From positions 1 to 64,000 of the forward strand of contig JAAOMT010000183.1 in the NCBI GenBank assembly GCA_016748015.1: DNA of 64,000 bases, read 5' to 3'. A program made the position numbers and the translations under genes. Shown one piece after another: positions 49,600 to 62,163 of this stretch (its first letter is position 1; every line of letters begins with the position of its first letter). The DNA comes from Geosiphon pyriformis uo1 (lineage: Eukaryota; Fungi; Glomeromycota). Below the pieces are notes generated by a model. The model did no database searches and had not been told where the DNA came from. It was given only the letters and a program-made list of their open reading frames with translations.

Positions 49600-52121
49600 A
49601 ATTTCTCAATTATAAAAGTTATAAATTACAATTGTTAAAAAAGTTATAATTGTTATTAAAAGTGCAATTATTATTATATTGATAAATAAATTAAAGCATT
49701 AGAATTTTTAATCAACATAAATAAAACCATTTATTTTTACTAAAGTGAAAAAATATTAAAAATCAAAAATAATTTTAAAATATTTATATTACAATAATCA
49801 TTAAAAATATACGAAATTTTTTTAATTACAAATTCATTTTGCTTTTTATATCTAAAATATAAACACATATTATTGAACCTAAAAAAAAATTACTTGTTTG
49901 TTTTAAACAAAACACAAAATATTAATAAATTAAATTAAAATAATTAAAAATATATAAATATAATAAATTATTATTATATTAATTAAATTTATATATTTTC
50001 AAACTGTAATTATTACATAATTAAGTATTATATAAAATATTTTATAATATAAAAGTTCTAATTTTTTTTTATATTTATTATTAATATAATTATTTAAAAA
50101 ATTATTATTTTTTTAAAAGCTTTTAATTTTTGTGTTTTATTAATTTTTTGAAATTATTAAATTACTAAAAAATTATTACAAAATCTTAATTATAAAGTTT
50201 TTTTTTTAATATTTTAAAAAAATTAGTTTTAAAAAAAAAATGTTTTTGACTTTTTTAATTATTAGAACCAATTTTAATTGATTATTTAAAAAAACTTTGA
50301 ATAAAAAAATTTTTACATAAAGCCAAAAACAATGCTTTAATAATAACCAAAAACTGTTTTAATAATAGTTAAAGACTATTTTAATTTTATATTACTTAAA
50401 AAATATATTTTAAAAAGATGCTGTTATTATAAATAATTTATTTAAATAAAATTTTATTATATTTAATGCTTTATATAGTTTTAATTTTTAAAAATTTGTT
50501 TTGTATTTAATAATTTTTTTAAATTTATTGTTGTGTTTTATTTGTAAATAATTTTTTTATAAAAAACAAAAATATTTAAGTTATTTTTGTAGTAATATTA
50601 ATAAAATTAATAGAATAATTAATAATAATAAATCTTTTATTAATTATAATTAATAAAATCTAATATTTGTTTTTTGTTTTTTTAATAAACTATAAAATTA
50701 ATTTTTGTAATATACTTTTATCTTTTATTAGACTATTATAATATTAAATTATTTTGTTATAATAATTAGATTATTTTTATACTTTTTTTAAATTTTTTAA
50801 ATTATTAATAGTATTTATAAATAAATTAAAAAAATTAAAAAATTGGTATTTTATTAATTGTTATAATTAAAATAATTAATTTAAGTAATTAAAATATAAT
50901 AATATTATATTTAATTTTTGAAAAAAGATAAATAAGTTTAAAAAATAATTTATAAATAATAAAATAAATTTATTAAAAATAAAAAATAAAAATAGATTTT
51001 ATTTTAAATAAGTTTAAATTTTCTTAATTATAGCTAAAATAAACTGTTTTTATTTCAAAAAAAGCTTTATAAGTATTAAAATTAACAAAAACAATATTAA
51101 AAATAAGATTTATAACTATTTTACTTTTTGCTATAAGTATAATTTTAAAATTAAAAAAAAGAAACAGTTTTTTAAATTTAATATTTTATTAGATTTAATA
51201 ACAAAATTTTTAATTTTAAAGTTTCAAAAAATTTTTTTTATATTAATTAAAATTATATACTTATTTATTATATGTTTTATTATAATTAATAATAATAAAT
51301 TTATAATTTTAAATATTTATTTTTTATGTTTTGTATTTATTTTTAAATTGGCTGAAATTTTTAAGCATAATAATAATTAAATTAGCATTATACTTAATAT
51401 AAGTTTCAAAAATTAAAATAATTTTTAATATTTATAATAAAATTAATTTTAATAGCCAAAAAAATAATTAAATTTATATATTTTTATGAATAAAATTACC
51501 AAAAATTTAAAATAAAATACTAAAAAATAATAATTTTAGCATAAAATACAAAATTAATAAATTGATTAATAAAAATTTTAAATACAATAAAAACTTAAAA
51601 ACTTTTTAAAAACAGTAATAAAAATAGCTTTATAAATAAAATCAGATAATTTGAACTTTAATATTTATAAGAGCACAAATTTTTTATTAAATATAACTTT
51701 TATATAAATATTAGTTTTAATACTTATTTTATCAAAAGTATTTTAAGTATTTTTCATTTTATTAAAAAAATATTATACAAAACCATAATAACAAAAACAA
51801 AAAAAACACTACAAAAATAAATATCACAAAATTTACAATTTTAAAAATAAAAAAAATTAACAAACAAAATTATAACAATAATATTTAAAAAAACTTAATA
51901 TTGTTTTTAATAATTGTTTTAAATTAATAAAATTATGTAAAAACTAAAAATAAAATTATTTGTTTAAAAAACTTAATAATTTATAATAATTTTTTAAATA
52001 TTATTAAAAACAATATTACTAAAAAACAGAAAAAAAGTGTTTTAATTTTTTTAATTTTTAAAATTAAAATATAACTTGTTTTGTTTTAAAATTAATAATA
52101 ATTAACCAAAATTTAATTTAT
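49600..52121. other. Ultra-AT-rich tract, probably an old mutated transposon relic (continues 54152-54935)
   Basis: About 2.5 kb with very little G or C and no ORFs in the track; the younger LINE copies sit in and beside it. Confidence 0.5.
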
Positions 52122-52128
52122 TAAGCAA

Positions 52129-54144
52129 CGAGTTTGAAATTTTTTTGCAAATTCAGTCTGAAAGTAAGATTGCTTCACTAGTTAACTTTGTAAACTCTAG
52201 TGGAATTTTGGGTTGATTATTTTTTTACTGGTCTTATGATCTACAAATTTGGTGTTGGCATCCTGTTTATCTATTGGTCTTTCCTGTTCGTACTCATGTC
52301 AGTACTTCTAATAATTTTCTGGCAGACATGGTTTGTATTTTTCTTGATTGTAATTTGTTTCTGAGTGGCCTCTTGGCCAGTTCTTTTTGGTTCCATAATA
52401 GAATGCTTATGTTTGCTGTTCTGAGTGAATCAAAGTTTATCAAATTTTTTCTTTCTCTTTGGCAGTATAGTATTGTGTATGTGGAGCAACTTTGTGATCA
52501 TCATAGTGTTGTCTTTGATTGGTACACCTTTAAGTAATAGAAAAGATTGGACCTCCATGGCCCTGTTCCAGATTGGTTCAAGTTGTCTGCTGTATTTCTC
52601 AACAATGTAACTTTCTCTTCAACTCATTCTGCGGCTTTGTGTGGTGCTGGTTCTTTGAACATTCTTAATTTCAGTGACTTTGTGTCTATTTGCAATCATC
52701 TTTCACAAGTTGATGTTAGTGTTTTATCCGTGTGCATTGACAGATCCTTGAAAAACCTTGGCACAATTAACTGTAGTGCTGATGCTGCTGCCTTCTTCGA
52801 GAATATTGGTTTGGGATTGGGTGTTGGTGTTATGGATTTAATGTTTTCTACTCTGGCAGAATTGCAGGCTATTGTGCTGGCTCTGGAGTGTGTTCCCTTG
52901 TCTAGTTTTGTTTGCTTATTTTTAGACAGTCAATCTGCTTTGGATACTTGCAAGTCAGAATTGGGTCTGGCATGTCCTGACTTTCATAATTAGTATTGGA
53001 TTGAATGTTGACATATTTTTAATGTTATTTATAGTAAGAATTTAAGGGTCAATTGGCACAAGGTGAAAGGTTACTCTAGTGTTTTGGGGAATGAGTGTGC
53101 CAACATGATTGCTGATACCACTTCTCTTTTGGGTTAGTGTCTTCCTTTTTGTGTGGATGAATGTTTTATTGTGACTAATAGTAATATGGTTTCTGGCAAT
53201 TCTAGACACTTTGTTCATGATATTTTTTGTTCTGTTTGTCATGTATGTTGAGAGGTTGGTTCTGATTGTAAGTTTTTAGAGAACAGTCTGCTTTCTGAGA
53301 TTGACTGAATATGCTTTTCATTGGTATGGCATCCTGATTTGCACATGGCTACTGGTTTTACCAGCAGGCTCTTAGCCAATGCTTGCACTTACTTTATGAA
53401 GGCTTTGCATCATCACCTGTCTGTTGCTGTTTAGAAGTGTCTTTATAGTAGACTTTATCCCAGTATATTGTGTTTATATTGCAGTGAAGTAGAGGTATCA
53501 GATCATACATTCTCTTGTAGAGTTAACAAGTCTGCCTGCTGTCAGTTATTGGACTTCCATGTGGATTCTTGGAGAACACTTTCTGGTTTCACTCATGTTT
53601 TCTTATGTGTGTTACAGCTGTTGTTATCTTGCTCTTCTGGTTTTTCTGTGTCTACAGTACTCTTCAAGAGTTTTGTTTTTGATGGTTGATTCTGGGAGAC
53701 CATCTTTGTTTTCTGCAATTCCAAATTGGCTGGTTTGGAAATTGTTAGGTTTGTGCGTTCTCTTAGTTTAGCTTTTAGAGATGATATATGATTGGTTTAT
53801 GCTAAGCACCATGCTTATATAAAAAAGCATGGTTTGATTTCTTTTGATGGTTTGGCTGTCATCTTGGTTTCTGGTTTGTCTTCAGGGTTTTTTGCTGATG
53901 TGGTGAAACTGCTTGGTATGGCTGATGCTTTTGGTATATGTTTTGGTTTTCACAAATTTTGTTCATTTTTCTTAGGTCTTAGTGGTTCAGTCTCAGTTTA
54001 CATAGCTGCATAGTGTTGTTTTGACTGGCCCAAGTGACTAGTTATGTGTAGAAAATACATGATTCACATCTAGTTTAGATCATTTTTTTGATGTATGGTA
54101 CTAGACTGTGTTTAGACCTTACTCATTAAATAAAAAAATAAAAA
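52129..54144 (+). mobile_element. 5'-truncated non-LTR retrotransposon (LINE): RNase H, CCHC, 3'UTR, A-rich tail
   Basis: Homologous to roughly 59740-61740: LAELQAIVLALECVP..LDSQSA..KVKGY..GNE, CLYCSEVEVSDH, the same 3'UTR, an A-rich tail, and candidate TSD TAAGCAA (52122-52128 and 54145-54151). Confidence 0.9.
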
Positions 54145-55116
54145 TAAGCAATTAAATTATGTATTAATTAAAACTAGTTTTAATATATTTTTATTAATAT
54201 TATTTAAATTAAAAAAACTAAATAAAATTAATAAACTATTTTTTATAAAAATAAATATAACAATCACATTAAAATTAGTCTTAATTAACCACTTAAAAAA
54301 AACTTTATTTAAAACCAAAAAAGTGCTTTATTTAAAATTAAAGACTGTTTTATGTTTATATTATTTAAGAAAGATGTCTTAAAAAATAGCTGCTTGATTA
54401 ACTTTATTGTAAAAAAAACTTTTAAAGTATTAAAACTGAATAAACAACAAAAAAAATAAGTGTTTTTTCTTTATTTTTTGCTTTAGTTGTGGTCATAAAA
54501 ATATGAAAAAAAAAGAGTTTTTGTGTGTATAATATTTATAAATATAACTAATTATAATAATTACAAAAGATTTCAAAATTATTAATAAGAATTGCAATTT
54601 TTAATTTTAATGTCATTTTTTATATTTAACATTAATTATAGTTTTATAAACAAATATAGAAAAATTAAACTATATCCAATAATTTATTTTTATTTTTTAT
54701 TTAATTAATAAAAAAAATTTAATATTTATGAAGGTGATGTCGTTTATATTAAATGCAACATATTTTTTGCTGTTGCATCATATTTTTTTTTTGGTGGACA
54801 ATAAATTTAATTATTATATATATGTTATATTAGGCTTTTTTTATTAATCTTAATTACTTATTGTTTAAAAACCATAATTGATGCTAAAAAATATATAATG
54901 AATTAAGACCATATTTTAATTGTGTAGAAAGTCATTATTAAAATGATCTTGAAAAACTTTTTTCTTTTTTACGTCCCAAATTCCTGAAATAGCACACTTT
55001 CTAAAGAAGTTTTTTGGTTTTTTATCTGTTCTTATCTTTTATTTTGCTCAGTTTTCACAATTTTTCAACTTACCAATTTTTTTGTTGTCCCTTTGGCATC
55101 TGATGCTATCAATACT

Positions 55117-56934
55117 ATGTCCACAAAGAAATTGGCCAGAGGTGCTGCTGCAAGCTCTATAAGTGGAAGTCTGAGGCAAAAACCTAAGATTTCACTTGGC
55201 AAAGTCAAACACTTGGGTGACGAAGCTGATTTATCTTACAAAATGCCTGCAAGTGCTCCTAGTCAATACAAGAATATGGATACTTCTTCCGATGAAAAGT
55301 CAGAGTGTGAGATAAACAAAAATGTGAGCTATAATGCTGGCAGTGAAAGTGATGGGCAGTTGGACTCTTGTACCAACACTCTAAAGGCAAAACACTTCAA
55401 CTCTGGTATAGTGAATACTCTATTTCTGGATCTCTGTGATTTTGGCTCTGTTAATATGGGCTTATCTCCCCCTGTTTCTTTGAGGCCTTTTCATCATCCT
55501 GTTGCTTCTGTTAAGGAAAAGCTTTGTTTTGAACCTACCAAATCTTTTGCACTCAACATTAGTCTGTTGGCTGTTTTCGGAAGTACTCTATATGACAAAC
55601 TCAAGAGTGTCAGGTCACTATTCTACAAAATTGATGGTTTTGGAAGTGCATCAACTCTTTCAAAATTTCCAGACATCATTCGGACGTCTTTTATATCTGA
55701 TTCCAGTCTTGTTTTGGCTAAACAATTGGCTGTGTCTAAGAATCTTGTTGTCAATGCTGATCTCAAGAAGATCAGCATACGTTCAGATTGGGAAATTATT
55801 ATCAAAGAGATTCTGGTTGATCTGTTCAAATTGGTAATCGAATCAGCTTTGGTCAAGTATGGGAAAATTTTTTCAATCAAAATACAGCTTATTGGTCTCT
55901 GGCAGAAAGCACTAGTGAAGTTTGAGAGTTTTCAGGTCACTGACCTGGTTGTGTTCAAATGATTAATCTTGCTAGATAAAGATTTAGTGTGTGTTGTCAA
56001 AGCCAATACCAACAAACAAACATGAGATTTGAGGGACAGCTATTGTGCTCTCCTATATACTCTGCTGATGGGCACAACTGCCCATGATCTCTCAGACTTG
56101 GTCCAGTCATATGGTGAGAAAACTTGCTACATTTTTAGAAATTCGGTGTCTTATGCATGAGCCCACTGTGCTGTCATATGTTTTGATTCTGACAATACCA
56201 AAGAGGCTGCCATTTGCTCTATGCCAGTGTTTAGGGATGTCAATCTCATTTGGACTGGTTTGTCTTTTCCTAAGTGTGCTGCATGTGGTAATTTTGGTCA
56301 TGTTTTGTCTGGCTGTAAAAGTGGTGAGAAAAACAGTGGGCAGGGTCTCAAGAGAAGAAGATTTCTTTGTTTTAATTCAGATAAGAGACACTTTGTGCTT
56401 ATCTATGCCAAAAAGCAGGCACCTATATTTCATCTAGTATCCTTCAATGGTGTAACTTGGGCTTCTGTGGTAAGTGGCTCCCCTAAAAATTTGTTTTCTA
56501 CAGTGCTTGTTGAGAACAATTTAAGCATAGGTTCAGTTGACAGTTCGATGCCTGCAATTATGATTCTGGCTTTACATGTTAGTGTTTTTGAGCATTCGCT
56601 TGAGAATGTGTCTAATTAGGTGGCTGACATTTCCTGTAAACTGGACTGGTTGCTGGCTGTTTTGTCAGCAAATTCTGCTGTTCCACCCACTCCCAAACAT
56701 AACCCAATGTTGAAAATGGCTGTTGACACTTTGTTGTTCATTCCTCCTGTGTCTAGTGTGGTTATTGCCATCTCCCAGGAAATTTTTCCAAGTGGTGCTT
56801 GTGTTTTAACTGTGAAAATAGATGGTCTAGAGACTAACCTGGCAGTTCTGGAGAATTTGGTTAAGGCAATATTGAATAAATTAGACTCTTTTGGTTCTGG
56901 CAGTAGTATGATAACCCTTTCTCTTCCCCAATGA
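55117..56934 (+). pseudogene. LINE ORF1 (gag-like, CCHC knuckle)
   Basis: A single reading frame broken by stops: RRM-like IIIKEILVDL..ESALVKYGKI, KCAACGNFGHVLSGC zinc knuckle, C-terminal coiled coil. Confidence 0.85.
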
Positions 56935-59900
56935 GTAGTTTAACTTGGAAAATTACTACTTGTAATATTAGAGATATGAATGTTCCTGCCAAACAGGATG
57001 ACATTATTAGATAACACATGGTTTCGAATAATAACATTTTAATAGTTACTGAGACTAAGCTTCATTTCAGTGTCAAGCCTTAGATTGCAAATAAGTTTTT
57101 TGGTGTAAAGGTATTTACTTCAAGTCTGGATGCTGGGTTTTTAGGTGCGGGCGTAGCTTTAATCATGAATAAAAAATTAGTCAAACATGTTTCAAAAATC
57201 TCTGAGATTCTGGGTAGACTTTTAATGGTTTGTTTATTATTTAAAAACAAACAGTCTGTTTCTGTGTTGGGTTTATATACAAAGGCTTCTTTGGATAAGC
57301 ATGTAATTCAGGCTGGTTTTATCAATTTCTTTATAGCCAGAGCTTGTAATGAAAGTACTTTTGTTATTTTAGGTGGTGATTTTAATAAGGATGGAAACAA
57401 ACATAGTTCTAGCTTTAATAAGTGTTTGGATTTAGATCGGGTCAATATATTGGTTAATAGTTCTCATATTAAGGTTTCTACTTGGAGAAATTCCAGGGGT
57501 GTTGAGAAGACTATTGATTACATTTTTGTTTCTCAAAGTTTGAGTAATGCATTAGTGAATGGGCATGTTGCTAATGTGGATAAATTCTTTAACACTAATC
57601 ATAGTTCTGTTTAAATTACAATTGGTCTTGGTGGAATTTTGGATTCTGTCTTGAGGGCTATTTATGTTCAAGCCAATAAAGACAAATGGAGGTTTAATGT
57701 TAAAAATACTGATAGAATTAAATGGAAGTGGTATAGGATTGCATCTCGTGATAATTTTGTCATGTTTTCTGATAAGTTTATAGATTTTTATCACTTGTTT
57801 AATCTGGACGACATATGGAGTGTTATTTGCAAAGCCATCTGTTTCTCAGCAAATGAAGTTTTCTCAAAAATCTGGTCTAAAGATTTTGATGGTGGTTTTA
57901 CCAAGAGCTCTTTCTGCTATCATAGATTGGAACTTTTGATTTCTAAGTTGGTGAAGGCTTTGCATTCTGTGTCGTCAATTAAATTCGTTTCTTTGTTGGA
58001 TGTTTGAGAGTCTTTAGACTCTGTTAATGCTTCTGTTATCAAATTTCTTTTTCTTTCGGAATCTCATTTTGATGCTATTAGATCAGCTTTGGTAAAGGTT
58101 AGAAAGTTTTATCATTCTTTCAAGATAATGGAATCAAAATGTGCTAGGGATTCTCAAATCAGGCTAGCAATTGACAAAAGGATGGAGAACTTTGAGTTGA
58201 ATAAAGGCCAAACTATTAGAAGTGTACTTGAGTGGCCATTTCGCAAGGTCATATTGGATCATCTGGTTGTGGATGAGAATCTCATTTTGGAACCTGGTTT
58301 GGTTAAAATTCATGTCGATAGAATTATAGAGAGCTGGATCAGAAAGCATGTGGTGGTTGACGACATTTCGGATGAATGGTGTCACTAACTTCAACCCCTG
58401 GAATATGTCTTTGATGATGTCTTTTTGAATGTTATGTATTCGATTATGGTGGATGAATTTCTTGGTATGGTTTCAGGTTTGCCTGATAATAAAGCTGCTG
58501 GCTTTTCTGGTATTACAAATAAACTATGGAAACATTACAACAAGTCTGTTTTAGATTTGCTTTTGGTGCTTTTGAACTCTTGTTTAATTTGTGAATCTGT
58601 TCTAGATCCTTGGAAGGAGGCTTGAGTGTCTATGATTTCTAAACCCTACAACTGGGAGAGAGTTCTTATAAACACCCAACCCATAGCACTAATTGAAACA
58701 GCCCATAAAATTCTTTCTAAGATTCTCTCTAATAAGATCTTTGTGGCATGTAGTAAGTTTAATGTTCTTCGTAGTGACAACTTCTCAGTTTTTAAAGGTA
58801 CAACAATGCAGTCTCCTATTTTTGCTATTGGTTCAGTGGTTGAAAATGCTTTGGAAAAGAATCATAAACTTTGGTTAGTTTTGCAGAACATGAGGAAAGT
58901 ATATTACTTGATTGGTTGGAAACATTTGAGGAAAAGTTTGGTCAAGATCAAAATGTGCAATAGATTTATAAGATTTTTTGGAAGTATTCACAATGGCTGC
59001 ATGAACAAAGTAATAACCAATTTTGGGCTGACTGATGGTTATAGTGTTTATGATGGCTTAGATCAGTGAGAAGTGTTTTCACCTCTCCTTTGGTGTATTT
59101 TTTACAACACTTTGCTGTGTGAGGTAAAAAAACAAGAAGTGTTGTGTGATTACAGGCTAAATTTGCATTATGTTGCCAAGTCTGGTCACATAGATCTTTA
59201 GGATAGTTTGACCTCTTTTCTTGCTACGCGTGCATTCGTTGATAATATTATATGGGTTGGTTCTAATCAAATGGCTACACAACACATTTTCAATATTGCC
59301 AGTGAATTTTTCAGAATAAATGATATCTCGATTAACAATGACAAAACTGTAGTAATCCCAATTAATTACAGAGTGGTGGCTCCTTTTTTATCTATTTGTG
59401 GTGCTCCTATTTCCATCACCAAAAAGGAAACATCTCACCAATATCTGGGTATTTTTCTCTTTTCTGATGGGTTATCTAAGCCTAGCCTGGCTAAAGTGCA
59501 TTTGGATGTACAGTTTTTTGCCAATCTTGTTTTGAGGAAAGCAATTTCGGACAAACAGTTCTCTTATTTGGTTTCAGCAGTCTTTCATCTTATCGTTGGT
59601 TACAGAACCCAGTTTAGCTTTATTTCTGCTAGTGTATGTCAAAAGTAAGATGTTTTAATTCAAAAGAGCCTGAAATTGAAATCAGGTCTGCCTCTGGATT
59701 TTCCTAATGATGTTTTGCACCATTTCTTATTTTATGGCTTAAAAACTTTTGAGCAGATCCAAACCAAAGGCAAGGTTGCTGCTGTGGTGTGTTTTGCCAA
59801 CTCTGTTGGGGTTTTGGGCCAATTGTTTATGCATAGTTCACATGACTTATAGGTCTTAAGTTAGTGTCCAGTGCATCCCTTGTGCTTCCCAATTTGCATT

Positions 59901-61620
59901 AGTGTTAATCCTTTGAACAACTTCTTGGTGGGTGTGGTTCAGATCTTCCTTAGTTCTGGTTTATCTTTGGGCAATCTTATGTGTAATGTTTTTCACTTTT
60001 GGTATGGGACTTTTTTATCTGGTGTTTTTGGTGAGTCTATGTATTTTAGGTGTCTTTCCTTTTTTCATTATTATGGAATTGCTTTTGTTGAGCAGCTTTG
60101 GTGCCATGACAGGGCTGTTTTTAAATAGAAGACTTTCAAGTAGTAGAAGAGACTTGACCCACATGGTCTTGTTCTTGTTTGGTTTGTTGCTGCCGTTCAG
60201 CATCTCCATGATTTTGGTTCTCTTGATGTCTGTTCTTCCCTTTTAAACAGTGCTGCTGCAAAGAACATTCTTGAATCTCATGAGTTTAGAATGGTACATG
60301 ATCGATTGTCTAGTATTGGTGTTTTTGGCTTTTCCGTGTACACAGATAGTTCTCTTAGCAGCCTGAAGAGTGTTAATATGAAAGCTGGTACTACTGCGTT
60401 CTTTGAGGACATTAACTTAGGTCTTGGGGTGGAGGTAACTGGTATGGTGTCTTCTATATTGGCGGAGCTTCAGGCCATTGTATTGGCTCTTAAGTGTGTG
60501 CCTAGTTTGAGTTCAGTCTGTTTATTTTCTAACAGCCAAGCTGTCTTAGATATATGTAGAGCTGAATTATTGTTGTTGGCTCTGAATTTTTGGAACAAAT
60601 GTTGGGTTGAATGTTAACATATCGCAGGCATCATATGTGAAAGGAATTTGAATGTTGGCTGATATAAGGTTAAAGAACATTTAGGTGTTACAGGTAATAT
60701 TCGGACTGACTTGCTTACTGATATCTCTTCTCATTTAGGCCAGCCCCTCCCTTTCCTGGCTCAAGAAATGTTATGTTTTGGCTAATAGCAGTATTGTCTC
60801 TGAAAACTCTAAATATTTTGTTTATAATGTTTTTCGGTCTATTCATTGTGTATGCTGGGAATTAGGCTCTGGCATCAAAATTGTGAACAGTTATCTGTTT
60901 GTGAATGTTGATTGGTTTAGATCATTCCTTGTTTGGCATTCTGACTCCTATATGGCTGCTGGCTTTACGAATCATCACTCTGCTAACTTCTGTTCCTATT
61001 TTATGAAAGCTTTACATCATAGACTGCCTATTGCTGTTCGCAAACACCTCTATGATAAACATTACCCCAGTGTAATGTGTCTGTATTGTGGCGATATTGA
61101 AGTGTCGGACCATGTTTTCTTTTATGCATTTGATGTGATTGCTTAGCTCCAATTGTTTGTTGATTTTGCTTTTGCTTGGAGAGCTGTTTCTGGTCTATCC
61201 CATGCCTTATCTCATGTGTCACAAATGTTATCTGATTGTTTGACTGATTTGGGACTAGTTGTTTCACTATACAAAAGTTTTGTGCTCGTGAATTGGTACC
61301 AGAAGGCCACTTCCTGCTTTGGTGACTCTAAAACTGCATCTGATAAAGTGATTGAATTTGTTCGTGGTTTATGCTTGTCTTTTAGAAATAATATTTGGCT
61401 GGTCCACTCCAAACATCAAGCTTTTATGGAGAAACACAATCTGATCTCTCACAATAATTCAGTCCTTGTCTCAGTGTCTGGTGGTGTGTTGACACTTTCA
61501 GCCCATGTGATTAGATTGCTTGGTATTAACGATGTGTTTGGTGTTAGTTTTGGGTTGCATAGTTCCTGTCAGTTTTTTTCAGATATAGGTAATTTGGTTT
61601 CTGTGTATGTGAGTGTATAG
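56931..61620 (+). pseudogene. LINE ORF2 (APE endonuclease, reverse transcriptase, RNase H, CCHC)
   Basis: TCNIRD, TETKL, GGDFN and TIDYIF (APE); PIALIET, GLDQ*EVFSPLLW, AFVDN and YLGI (RT); VYTDSS and AELQAI (RNase H); CLYCGDIEVSDH. Numerous stops. Confidence 0.92.
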
Positions 61621-62163
61621 TGTAGTCCTGGTTGGCTTGAGTGGCTAGTCACGTGTAGAAAAAGCATGATTCACACCTAGTATAGATCATTATTTTGATG
61701 TATTGTCACTAGGCAGTGTTTGGACTTCGCTCATTAAAAAAAAAAAATGATCTTGTAAAGGTTTAAATTGTTTCATCTTTTTAACATAGAAAAATTGGAT
61801 TTTCTCGAACACTTTAACATTCGAATTTTGATATAGGACGAATTTGTAAAAAATTGTTGTTCCGTTGCATGTTTTTGTGCTTGTTACTATAAACAAAGTT
61901 CCATTCAAAGATATATTTTGGCCTTCATCGGATCTCATTTTAAGCCATAAAGATTGTGGAATCCCGAAACGAACTTTGCTTAATGTATAAATATAATTTA
62001 GGATCTATAATTATATGTCAAAATATGTCAAGTATATCCCTTGCATTGTCTCTAAAAATTATAATCCACAAGAAAAGAGTTCTTGATCTACCAAGTCATT
62101 GCCCAAACCATTCAATGGCCCATTGAAACGTGACTAATGGGATTTGATTCATCCCGAACAATC

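Larger units (their letters stand above)
54952..61747 (+). mobile_element. Full-length LINE (ORF1 plus APE-RT-RNase H ORF2), inactivated
   Basis: TSD AAAATGATCTTG at 54940-54951 and 61744-61755 (overlapping the tail), poly(A) 61736-61747, T-rich 5'UTR and two decayed ORFs. Confidence 0.95.
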
